Shown here: positions 1 to 8,324 of the stretch, piece by piece
Layout of the letters: each line of letters opens with the position of its first letter
Position numbering within the stretch: position 1 is the first letter of the stretch
IMG/VR virus record: IMGVR_UViG_3300006043_000052
Location: 1 to 38,261 of that record
Source of the DNA: a virus
Taxonomy: Duplodnaviria; Caudoviricetes
Length of the DNA: 38,261 nucleotides
Reading direction: 5' to 3' (one strand)
Program-made: the position numbers and the translations under genes
Notes under the pieces: generated by a model
What the model was told of the DNA's origin: nothing
The model's input: only the letters and a program-made list of their open reading frames with translations
Databases searched by the model: none

Positions 1-216
1 ATGGCAAGCGAATATTCACTGACAGACGTACTGGAACGGTTTTATCAAAATCAACTGGCCTTGGAGGCAGCAGTGATGGAATTGACTCTTTGGGCAGAGC
101 AGCAAAACGCTTTAGAGCTCGGTGAGAATGTTCGCGGAGCGCTTCATACGATTGGTGAAAATGCAGGGCATATGAGGCAAGGTTTGGCTCGCTTGAAGGG
201 TTTGGATTCGCTGTAG
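1..216 (+). CDS. small helical hypothetical protein (71 aa)
   Basis: Clean ATG-TAG ORF with amphipathic helical composition; function unknown. Confidence 0.65.
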   Translation: MASEYSLTDVLERFYQNQLALEAAVMELTLWAEQQNALELGENVRGALHTIGENAGHMRQGLARLKGLDSL

Positions 217-276
217 GCACACGAAGAAATCCGACCCGTTCTCTCACAATGCGACAGAATAACTTAGTAGCTTTTA

Positions 277-897
277 TCAGTACTTCTCATGATTTATAAG
301 ATAACGAATGTGCCGTGCTTCATTTGCGTAGCTCCTTGCCCTTCTTACGTCTACGTCCAGCCTCTCAATCGCCTCCTGCGCATCAGGCTCTGTCGAAGAC
401 TTTTCAACCAGGCGCACGAGCCTGAAAAGCGTCCAAGTGGAGATTAGAACTAGGTCCTGAAAGGGCTCATCAATGTAGGCATCTCCGACAGGCTTGTTCC
501 GTAGTTCCTGATGCCATGCAGGATTCTTCATAAACGATGGTGTGCCTCCCCCTTCAATCGCTAGAAGATAACCGTGAACAAGGCTATTGCGGTACTCATT
601 CAGATCTTCAGCTACCAGTGCCGCGACTTGCAGTACCGCGTTGCACTTATCGCTAAGCTTGGAGCTCCCCTGACCAAGGCGTTTGAATTGATCCTCAGAT
701 TTCATCTTTTCGGTAAAGGGTCGTACTCCGGCTACAGAACTATCTGAAAGCGTCCAGAGTGCACGCTCCAACGTCGTTTCGAATAGACCATATGCCACGA
801 TAAAGGCCCCAATCATCATTAGGTTATTTGGCATAAGGCCCAGTTGATATAGCCGAGCTTGTATTTTTAATGACTCGGAGGGGTAGTCGTATGGCAT
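277..897 (-). CDS. putative HEPN-domain protein (possible RNase toxin or defence effector)
   Basis: Likely start MPYDYP at 897. N-terminal helix IGAFIVAYGLFETTLE and an RxxxxH motif (YRNSLVHG) are typical of HEPN domains. Confidence 0.6.
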   Translation of the reverse strand: MPYDYPSESLKIQARLYQLGLMPNNLMMIGAFIVAYGLFETTLERALWTLSDSSVAGVRPFTEKMKSEDQFKRLGQGSSKLSDKCNAVLQVAALVAEDLNEYRNSLVHGYLLAIEGGGTPSFMKNPAWHQELRNKPVGDAYIDEPFQDLVLISTWTLFRLVRLVEKSSTEPDAQEAIERLDVDVRRARSYANEARHIRYLINHEKY

Positions 898-1164
898 ATG
901 GTTTATCCAAACTTTTAGGGAGCACACGCTTGCCAATTTAACAGGTAGCAAGAATGTCCTCCCTGGCTGCGGGAGAAATCAGCATAGCAGCCAATATGGA
1001 AACGCTTCTCAATTTATTCATGCACCCAGCTTGCCTATGCGCAGACAACAAACTCATTTCCGGTTGGAAACGGAAGGAATTTAGTATCGGTCCGGCTCAT
1101 TCCAATGCAAAAAAATGGCCATGAGCTATCATGCAATCTCAAACCTCTGCCGATGGGATCGAAT

Positions 1165-3258
1165 ATGGAAATCATAATTTCTAACTGCAACAATATAGAT
1201 AGCGGAACTCTGCAGATCATCCCAAACAAGCTCAACATTAAATATGCGACAAACGGCAGTGGAAAAAGCACAATCGCAAAGGCGTTAGCGTACTCCATCA
1301 CTGACAGACTCTCGGGCACAAGAAAACTACTAGAGCTCACATCATTTAAAAACAATCAAAACAAGGACGCCACCCCTAAAATACAAGGAGCAGAAGAAAT
1401 AACAAAGCTAAGAATATTTGACGAAGCTTATATTAACGACTTTGTATTCCAAGCCGATGAACTAGTAAAAGGCAGCTTTGATATATTCATACGAGACAAG
1501 GACTACGAGTCCGGCATGGAGGAGATAAAATCCTTAACCAACGACATGAAAGACCTTTTAGTCGGCGACCCTGAAATCGAAATATTAATATCAGACCTGA
1601 CAGAGCTTTCAAGTGCATTTGGAAAGCCGGTAAAAACGGGATTCCATGCTTCAAGCGGTATTGCCAAAGCACTAAAATCAGGTAACAAAGTCGCCTCAAT
1701 ACCGAAAGGACTGGAGAGATTTTCCAACCTAATCCAACACGAGCAAAATTATAAATGGGTAAAGTGGCAACAAGAGGGCCTCCCTTTTTTAGAAATATCA
1801 TCTGATTGCCCCTACTGCACGCACGATGTAAAAGACACAATCGAAATTATTAACAATGTTACTAAGACCTACGACTCCAAGTCCATCGAAAGCCTCAACA
1901 AGACTGTAGCAATCTTTTCAAAACTTAATAAATACTTTGCAGACATCACACGCACAAACATTGATAGTTTTATAAAAAACATCGATGGCTATACGGATGC
2001 GCAAGCAGAATACATTCGCGAGGTATGGAGCCAAATTGACCGTCTCTCAGAGAGTTTAAAAAGAGCACAAAACCTAGGGTTCGCCTCATTTAAAAATGTG
2101 GATGTGATTATTGAAGAGTTGAGAAACCATAAGATAGATCTCAACCTATTCGTTCACCTTAACTCTCAGAGCACTCAAGATAAAATCCAGCTTGTAAACA
2201 AAGGGATTGATGGCTTACTGGAAAAGGCAGGAAAACTACAGGGCAGCATAACAAAGCAAAAGAAACTTATAGAGAAGCTAGTTAAAATTAACGGCTCCGG
2301 AATTAATGACTTTTTGCGTAACGCCGGATACAGCTATTCAGTGAAGCTTATTGAAGACGGCGAAAACTACAAGCTCAAGTTACTTCACAATTCTACTGAG
2401 GGGGAGATTGACAACGTTCGATCCCACCTTAGCTATGGCGAGAGAAACGCGTTTTCACTAGTGTTATTCATGTATGACTGCTTAAAGACCGAAGCTGAGT
2501 TAATTATACTTGACGATCCTATCTCATCATTTGATAAAAATAAAAAATACGCCATCGTCGATGCTCTTTTTCGTAAAGAAAACTCTTTCCGAGAAAAAAC
2601 TGTTCTACTTCTCACTCACGACTTTGAACCTGTAGTAGACATGATGCTGCATCACCCTGACCGCTTTATAAAACCTGCCGTTTACTTCTTAGAAAACAAC
2701 TCCGGTCAATTAAACGAAAAAAACATAGACCGATCTGATATCAAAACCTTCATAGAGATCGCTATTAGCAACTCTAAAACTGACTGCCACGACATAAACC
2801 GCCTAGTGTACCTACGCCGATACTACGAAATCATTCAAAACAAAAAAAACAGCTTCGACATTTTGTCTAGCCTTTTCCACAAAAGAGCGACCCCCTCAAA
2901 AAAATCTGTGGATGGCATTTTTACAGAACTAACTGAGGAGGAAATAAATGATGGAACTAAACATATCAACTTATTCGTTGAAAATTTTGAGTATAAGAAT
3001 CTAATTAAATTAGTACAAGACGATGCACAAATGAAAATACTGTACTTTTCATCAAAAAATAACTATGAAAAACTTCATATATACAGGATGTTGTTTGACG
3101 GAAAGGAGAAAGATATTGAATCTGACGTGATACGTAAATTTATCAATGAAGCTTTCCACATCGAAAATAATTACATCTACCAACTCAACCCATCTCAGTT
3201 CCAGCTTGTGCCTCAGTACGTTATAGATGAATGTGACACATTTATAGCCGGCTTATAG
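1165..3258 (+). CDS. RloC/AAA_13-like ABC ATPase with zinc hook and probable C-terminal HEPN-like domain
   Basis: Walker A ATNGSGKST, coiled coil with central CPYC, signature LSYGERN, Walker B/D-loop IILDDPISSFD, H-loop LTHD, C-terminal LRRYYE and RKFINEAFH. AT-rich. Likely start MEIIIS at 1165. Confidence 0.75.
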   Translation: MEIIISNCNNIDSGTLQIIPNKLNIKYATNGSGKSTIAKALAYSITDRLSGTRKLLELTSFKNNQNKDATPKIQGAEEITKLRIFDEAYINDFVFQADELVKGSFDIFIRDKDYESGMEEIKSLTNDMKDLLVGDPEIEILISDLTELSSAFGKPVKTGFHASSGIAKALKSGNKVASIPKGLERFSNLIQHEQNYKWVKWQQEGLPFLEISSDCPYCTHDVKDTIEIINNVTKTYDSKSIESLNKTVAIFSKLNKYFADITRTNIDSFIKNIDGYTDAQAEYIREVWSQIDRLSESLKRAQNLGFASFKNVDVIIEELRNHKIDLNLFVHLNSQSTQDKIQLVNKGIDGLLEKAGKLQGSITKQKKLIEKLVKINGSGINDFLRNAGYSYSVKLIEDGENYKLKLLHNSTEGEIDNVRSHLSYGERNAFSLVLFMYDCLKTEAELIILDDPISSFDKNKKYAIVDALFRKENSFREKTVLLLTHDFEPVVDMMLHHPDRFIKPAVYFLENNSGQLNEKNIDRSDIKTFIEIAISNSKTDCHDINRLVYLRRYYEIIQNKKNSFDILSSLFHKRATPSKKSVDGIFTELTEEEINDGTKHINLFVENFEYKNLIKLVQDDAQMKILYFSSKNNYEKLHIYRMLFDGKEKDIESDVIRKFINEAFHIENNYIYQLNPSQFQLVPQYVIDECDTFIAGL

Positions 3259-3268
3259 GTAGGTTTAA

Positions 3269-3304
3269 GGTATGCGGCGCACTGAACTGCCAGCGCCGCA
3301 TACC
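3269..3304 (+). terminator. perfect 12-bp stem-loop after the ATPase gene (terminator or 3' stabiliser)
   Basis: GGTATGCGGCGC - 12-nt loop - GCGCCGCATACC, 10 nt after the stop; no U-tract. Confidence 0.4.
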
Positions 3305-3408
3305 GCTGCATAAGGTTCACGCGTAAGACTAAGGAAAGCACAACGGCGCATGGATCCCTGCCATCTCCATATCTCGCTATCGGCTTTTCATGTTGACCCA
3401 AGGGAAAG

Positions 3409-3681
3409 AGGTTAGGAGGGTAAGTTTTTTGCTAAGCGCCCTGAACGCCTTGTTTTTTATGGATTTTCTAAGCGTCGGCAAGGTTAGCTTTTTGGTTAGG
3501 TCTGGTTATTTCCTAACCTTTACTAGTGTTAAATATTCAATATATAAATTCCTTTAAAAACAAATAGTTAGGAAAAGCTAACCTTTTACCTAACCCAACC
3601 TAACCCATCAAAGTTAGGTCTCAACCCCAACAAATACGGGCCTGCTAAGCCCAAAGCCCCCCTTCAAAAAAAAACTAACCT
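3409..3681. repeat. converging GGTTAG/CTAACC iteron-like array around an AT-rich core; probable phage replication origin
   Basis: GGTTAG-type copies near 3409, 3481, 3493 and 3503; CTAACC copies near 3513, 3578, 3590, 3600 and 3675; AT-rich core at about 3525-3570; non-coding. Confidence 0.6.
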
Positions 3682-3861
3682 TTTTCCCGAGGCACCTACT
3701 GATTTCAGCCGTTCGTGCCTGCTTATAAGCGTTGCGAAAAACATCCACCCTCGCAGGGTTCCGCAGGTTTCTGCCCCCTCCAAAACGCAAAGCAAGCGCC
3801 CAGCCTGAGCAGCCTAAAGAGGTTCGCAGGTGCGCAGAAAAAACCACCCATTTAGCCCGCA

Positions 3862-3890
3862 GGCGAGGTGGGGGGACGACGGCGCGCGCC
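3862..3890 (+). other. cos (cohesive-end) site, P2-like
   Basis: GGCGAGGTGGGGGGACGACGGCGCGCGCC resembles the P2 cohesive end GGCGAGGCGGGGAAAGCAC followed by a GCGCGC tract, and lies downstream of the leftward portal gene as expected. Confidence 0.75.
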
Positions 3891-4192
3891 GGGTGATGAA
3901 GCACGTCACTGCCCCGATGTAGCACGCCTGTACCCCGAACGTGGCACGCCAACTCCCCGCCTACGTCGGGCAGCTCGTAGGGTGTCGCCCGCGCAGACTC
4001 GAAAGGCCCGTGTTTATTGGGCCGCGCAGCCGTTTACGCTTGCCGTGATACCCTGCAAATGCTATGTTGAACTGGGTTTTTTCATGCTGATGAAGGACAA
4101 ACTTTCACCTATCCAAGCTGACTTTTCCGACCCAATCCCTCCTCCCCCCTTACAGCTCGTCGCCTCAAATCGCGTCGCGATCAAACGTCACT

Positions 4193-4212
4193 TACTGTAT
4201 ACACATACAGTA
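4193..4212 (+). promoter_or_regulatory. LexA (SOS) box
   Basis: TACTGTATACACATACAGTA is a near-consensus CTG-N10-CAG, 8 nt upstream of the 4221 ORF and the SRAP gene. Confidence 0.9.
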
Positions 4213-4220
4213 TTGGATTC

Positions 4221-4565
4221 ATGCCCATGAACGATGATGACGACACCCTCGGATGGCTTGGCCTCCCCACCCCACTGCAGATGTACCGACAGCATTGCCG
4301 TTTACTGGAGAACGAGATCCAGGAACTGAACCTGCAATTACGCAAAGCGCGGGAGGATGTTTTCGGAATCAGTCAGATGTTGCTGGCTACCGAGGCGAAG
4401 AACACCGAGTTCGCCGGATACCTCCGTCAGAGAGGCGGTGAAGCGGCTGAGATGCGAAAGCAGATCAACACGCTGACGACCTCCCTGGGCGCAAGTCAGC
4501 GCGAAGTCGAAGGCCTGAAGCGAATCGTCAACGAGATGAGACCTCGACCGACCGCGATTGTCTAA
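4221..4565 (+). CDS. SOS-regulated coiled-coil hypothetical protein
   Basis: 114-aa heptad-rich ORF directly after the LexA box and upstream of SRAP. Confidence 0.75.
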   Translation: MPMNDDDDTLGWLGLPTPLQMYRQHCRLLENEIQELNLQLRKAREDVFGISQMLLATEAKNTEFAGYLRQRGGEAAEMRKQINTLTTSLGASQREVEGLKRIVNEMRPRPTAIV

Positions 4566-4590
4566 GATCAGAAGGAAAGAGGGATTGGCC

Positions 4591-5271
4591 ATGTGCGGAA
4601 GACTTTCGCAGTACCGGGGAATTCACGACTTTGTTGCGGCATTGAGCATGCCCAATGCCCTTGCAAACTCCGTGGGTGATCAACCCATCGAACGCTACAA
4701 CGTGGCACCAACGACCGAAGTTGCTTTGTTACACCTACAGGGCGACTTACTGCACGCCGATCCGGTGCGTTGGGGTTGGCGACCACATTGGGCGAAGGAT
4801 CGGGCCGCGCCGATCAATGCACGCGTGGAGAAGGTCGCCCACGGCCCGTTCTTCCGGACGATTTGGCCTCACAGGGCGATCACTCCTATCGACAATTGGT
4901 TTGAGTGGGTAGATGAAGGTGGCCCCAAGAAACAGCCCTACCTGATCCGCAAGCGAGACGGCTCACCCATCTTGTGCGCGGCCATCGGCCAACTACCAGA
5001 CGCTGATGAAGGCCCAGGCGAGCATGACGGCTTTGTGATCATCACCGCCGACAGTGCTGGCGGCATGTTGGACATTCACGACAGGAGGCCCGTGGTATTA
5101 GCACCGGACCTCGCCCGCGAATGGCTGGACCTGGCAACACCAAAAGAGCGTGCCGAGCAAATGGTGTTGCACCAAGGCGAGCCGGTCGAGGCCTTTGAAT
5201 GGTTCAAGGTCAGCAGCGCCGTGGGCAACGTGAGAAACAGGGAAGCACGTTTGATTGAGCCCTTACCCTAG
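4591..5271 (+). CDS. yedK: SOS response-associated peptidase (SRAP, YedK/HMCES family) abasic-site protecting protein
   Basis: N-terminal MCGR (catalytic Cys2), RYNVAPT, RWG, INARVE, FEW and IHDRRP motifs; GAGGG RBS upstream. Confidence 0.92.
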   Translation: MCGRLSQYRGIHDFVAALSMPNALANSVGDQPIERYNVAPTTEVALLHLQGDLLHADPVRWGWRPHWAKDRAAPINARVEKVAHGPFFRTIWPHRAITPIDNWFEWVDEGGPKKQPYLIRKRDGSPILCAAIGQLPDADEGPGEHDGFVIITADSAGGMLDIHDRRPVVLAPDLAREWLDLATPKERAEQMVLHQGEPVEAFEWFKVSSAVGNVRNREARLIEPLP

Positions 5272-5487
5272 AAGATCCCGCCCACCGCACTTGGCTTCCA
5301 ATTGCCACAGCTTTCGGCTTCGGCCTCACTCGGCGGCCAGCGTGTTGCGTAGAATCATGCATCTGGTAGTAATATGCTGGCCCACAACCATCGAGGGTTA
5401 GCAAGCCAATTGCTATTCGAACATGCGGAAAATCGAATAACTTCTAGTAGCTGCAACTTTAAACACTAAGAATTAGGGATAATTACT

Positions 5488-6354
5488 GTGGGCAATGTGA
5501 ATCTAGATTCAACATATGAAAAAATGTACATCTACGAAGAAGAGATAAAAGACAGCATAAGTATAAAAACCCAGCTTATATTTACAGCGATTTTTATTTT
5601 AATTTCAACAACTGTATATCTTGCTCGCTTTCTAGACTTCTCTGTTAAGCCAGACATAGCCTACGTCATCGTATTTCTTGTATGCCTCGTAGTAATCACT
5701 GCTGCCTTTTCAACCTATTTCAATTTCAGAGCCTTTAGCGGATCTGAATTCAACAGAATGCCCTATGCCTCAAGGGTCCAAGAATATTATGAGGAACAAA
5801 TTCAATACAACATTGATGCCGAACAATACAATTCTGCTGTGGCCCCAGATGACGCCATAGAATATTTAGACCCCAAAAAGGAGACCGAAGCTTTTATCTC
5901 CAGAACTTACATAAATTGCGCAACGCATAACGCACTAATCAACGAAGAACGCTCAAGATGGGTATTCAAGGCGCTTGCTGGCTTTCTTTTAGCGTGCATC
6001 CCCCTCGCTATAGCCAGCTTACTATTTGTAGTTTTTGACATGGACACATCATCCCCTCGCAAAAACCTATCTATAAAAGACAGCTATGTTGGGGGAGAGA
6101 TTTCGTCATTGAGAAACCAACTGGCTACTTCACCTAAGTCCGACGCAATAGCAGATCTTGAGAAAAGAACTATAATATTAGAGAACATCATCAATAAAAA
6201 AGAGGAAATCCAATTGAGCGACTCGAAAAAAACGAGTAACACCGAGCAACAACCAAAGCCTCAGGCGCCAGTTAAGCCGAGTGCTCCACCGTCACGAATG
6301 ATGTACGATGATGTCAATGGTGGCTCGAATAGGGGTTTAAAAAATGAAAAGTGA
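5488..6354 (+). CDS. AT-rich multi-pass membrane protein with Pro-rich C-terminal tail (cargo)
   Basis: Three hydrophobic segments (LIFTAIFILI.., IAYVIVFLVCLVVI.., LAGFLLACIPLAIASLLFVVF); low GC. Confidence 0.8.
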   Translation: MGNVNLDSTYEKMYIYEEEIKDSISIKTQLIFTAIFILISTTVYLARFLDFSVKPDIAYVIVFLVCLVVITAAFSTYFNFRAFSGSEFNRMPYASRVQEYYEEQIQYNIDAEQYNSAVAPDDAIEYLDPKKETEAFISRTYINCATHNALINEERSRWVFKALAGFLLACIPLAIASLLFVVFDMDTSSPRKNLSIKDSYVGGEISSLRNQLATSPKSDAIADLEKRTIILENIINKKEEIQLSDSKKTSNTEQQPKPQAPVKPSAPPSRMMYDDVNGGSNRGLKNEK

Positions 6355-6478
6355 TGGTGGTCAATCAAAACCAACAGCCACACGGCCGACTCCACCTAAA
6401 AAGCCTACAGAGCCGGTTGTGCGTCGTATCGTGAACGAAAAAGTCATCAATCGGGATATAGCACTGGGACGCCGATGA
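6344..6478 (+). CDS. 44-aa Pro-rich peptide (not in ORF track)
   Basis: AGGGG RBS and ATG overlapping the upstream gene end; MKSDGGQSKPTATRPTPPKKPTEPVVRRIVNEKVINRDIALGRR. Confidence 0.5.
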   Translation: MKSDGGQSKPTATRPTPPKKPTEPVVRRIVNEKVINRDIALGRR

Positions 6479-6869
6479 GTTCCAGGCTGAACCAGTAGCT
6501 GTCTCGAGGGGGCCCAGAGTCGTGTGGCGCCCCCTCATTCATTGCGTGAGTGACAGCACACACGAGCGCTGCGACAGCTCATGTCTTGGCGCATGCACAC
6601 ATCGCACAACATGTAGCACCCCAATCGCTCTAGCCTGTCGCGGGTACCTGTACCCGTCCGCTGCATATTCCCGCCCGACCTCTCTCACTACCACAGCTAC
6701 TCCAGCGCACCATAAAACCATGCGTACGCCAAGCTTAAGTGCTAGTTTGCGTAGGCTAAGAGCTATAGCTCCTTGAATCAGAAAATCAATACCCGCAGAG
6801 TGACAAATCATTCGACGGACATAAAAAGCATATTCTATATGCAATTTACTCATATAGGGAGATTCGCCA

Positions 6870-7259
6870 ATGGAACAAGATAACTTCCACGCAAACGTTC
6901 AGTACGATGATTTCACAGGCACTGCGGCTGCTGACCACCATGACACGAAGGATATTTCCAAGTATCTCTCAGCTCAGGGGTTGATAACCGAAGGAGAGTT
7001 TCTTGTTGGTATTGAAGCGTACGCAACAGAACTCATGAGCACCCCTAAAGTAACCGACGTCGATGTAACCGTGCTGTTGACGAAGTACGAGGGCCACGAC
7101 AATGTCCAAGCGGCTGTAGATAGTGGCGCCCCCCTGAAGGTCCGCCGGGTTAAGTTTCAAATGCCCCTGACAGACTTTTTCACACTGTTCAAGCGTTTCA
7201 AAATTTCCATTTCCAGTCACGGAATGATCAATAAGCGCGATATCAGTTTCGATAGCTAA
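6870..7259 (+). CDS. hypothetical protein (129 aa, cargo convergent with portal)
   Basis: Strong AGGGAG RBS; globular composition with VQYDDFTGTAAAD motif. Confidence 0.8.
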   Translation: MEQDNFHANVQYDDFTGTAAADHHDTKDISKYLSAQGLITEGEFLVGIEAYATELMSTPKVTDVDVTVLLTKYEGHDNVQAAVDSGAPLKVRRVKFQMPLTDFFTLFKRFKISISSHGMINKRDISFDS

Positions 7260-7274
7260 GCGAAGAGCCCCAGC

Positions 7275-8324
7275 TTAAACCACTGGGGCCAACTCATACG
7301 GTTTGAACCGCATTACCTCCTCCCCAAGCCACTCATTCACCTGCGCCATACGCGCCTGAATCGGCTCCAGTTCATTGGCCGCATAAATCTGCGCCGCCTC
7401 CCTGATTGACCCAAACCCACCCGCGTTCTGCGGCACGATGCCCATCAGTTGCGGCGGAATGCGCAAGCTGGCCAGCACGTCGTCGCGGGTCTGGTTTTTG
7501 ATCGAGTTGAATTCGTCCTTGGCCGTCACTTCACTGACAGGGATGATCTGCAGCCCGTCTTTTTTGCCGTTCGGCGAATACACAAACAGGTTGCGGAAGT
7601 TGCCAGGTCCCTTGGAATCCTTGAGCGCTTTGCGCAGGGAGTCGACATCCGCCTCGTTCTGCGCGGCGTCGGTCATGTAGAGGATGAAGCCCGCATGACT
7701 GCCGTTCTCGTAATACTTGCGGCGAAACAGCGTGGCCGATTCATTCAGCAACGCCGACTGCAAGGCGCTAATCCACTCGGGCAGGCCATACACCTCCTGA
7801 TGCAGATCCGCTTCCCGCAGATGAAAAACGGTGCCCGGTTCAAATTCGTGCTCTTCCTTCCAGCCCTGGACCATGAACTGCCGGCCGTCCTTGCCCGAGC
7901 GCATGTACTTCGCCAGCGGCGGTACCAGCTCGCGCACCGGGCCGAGCATCGAGCGCCGTCCCTCCAGATAGCCGTTACCCAGGCACAGGAAGTCCAGGGC
8001 GAACTGTTCGAACGCTGCCCGCGACAGCAGCCGGTGTGGAATGAAGGTTTTGCTCAGCAAATTGCGCTTGAACATCAGGCCCGAGTGAAGATGAACGCTG
8101 GAACCCACAGACCGTGCCAGACCGTCCAGCGATAGCGGCGGTTCGTACCACCGCCCGTTAAACCAGCACTCCAGATAATCAAACACCTCCCGGCCACTCA
8201 ACACTGGTGACGGATCACCGAAGCTGAACGCCTCCATCTTGCTATCACTGCGAGGAATGAACTCCTGCGTTGCAACCGTGGAAGCCTGGGCCACTTGCTT
8301 GGTATTTCTGCGGCGGTTCGACAT
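7275..8324 (-). CDS. gpQ: portal protein
   Basis: P2 Q-like motifs (AFSFGDP, WYEPP, YGLPEW, YYENGSHAGFI, NAGGFG); start MSNRRR coupled to the terminase stop. Confidence 0.95.
   Translation of the reverse strand: MSNRRRNTKQVAQASTVATQEFIPRSDSKMEAFSFGDPSPVLSGREVFDYLECWFNGRWYEPPLSLDGLARSVGSSVHLHSGLMFKRNLLSKTFIPHRLLSRAAFEQFALDFLCLGNGYLEGRRSMLGPVRELVPPLAKYMRSGKDGRQFMVQGWKEEHEFEPGTVFHLREADLHQEVYGLPEWISALQSALLNESATLFRRKYYENGSHAGFILYMTDAAQNEADVDSLRKALKDSKGPGNFRNLFVYSPNGKKDGLQIIPVSEVTAKDEFNSIKNQTRDDVLASLRIPPQLMGIVPQNAGGFGSIREAAQIYAANELEPIQARMAQVNEWLGEEVMRFKPYELAPVV

Noticed and set aside
1..276. attL or tRNA integration site
   Set aside because: No tRNA structure or terminal direct repeat is identifiable, and the integrase end is outside the window.
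3409..3681. CRISPR array or telomere-like TTAGG repeat
   Set aside because: The repeats are only 6-7 bp, irregularly spaced and in both orientations, with no spacers and no cas or protelomerase gene.
5268..5354. Possible 3' remnant of a minus-strand gene (..RWPP..NWKPSAVGGIF*) convergent with SRAP
   Set aside because: Only 28 codons, bounded by an upstream stop and with no start; it cannot be supported without a search.
6479..6869. Retron msr-msd or other RT-associated ncRNA
   Set aside because: No reverse transcriptase in the window and no long terminal inverted repeat pair.
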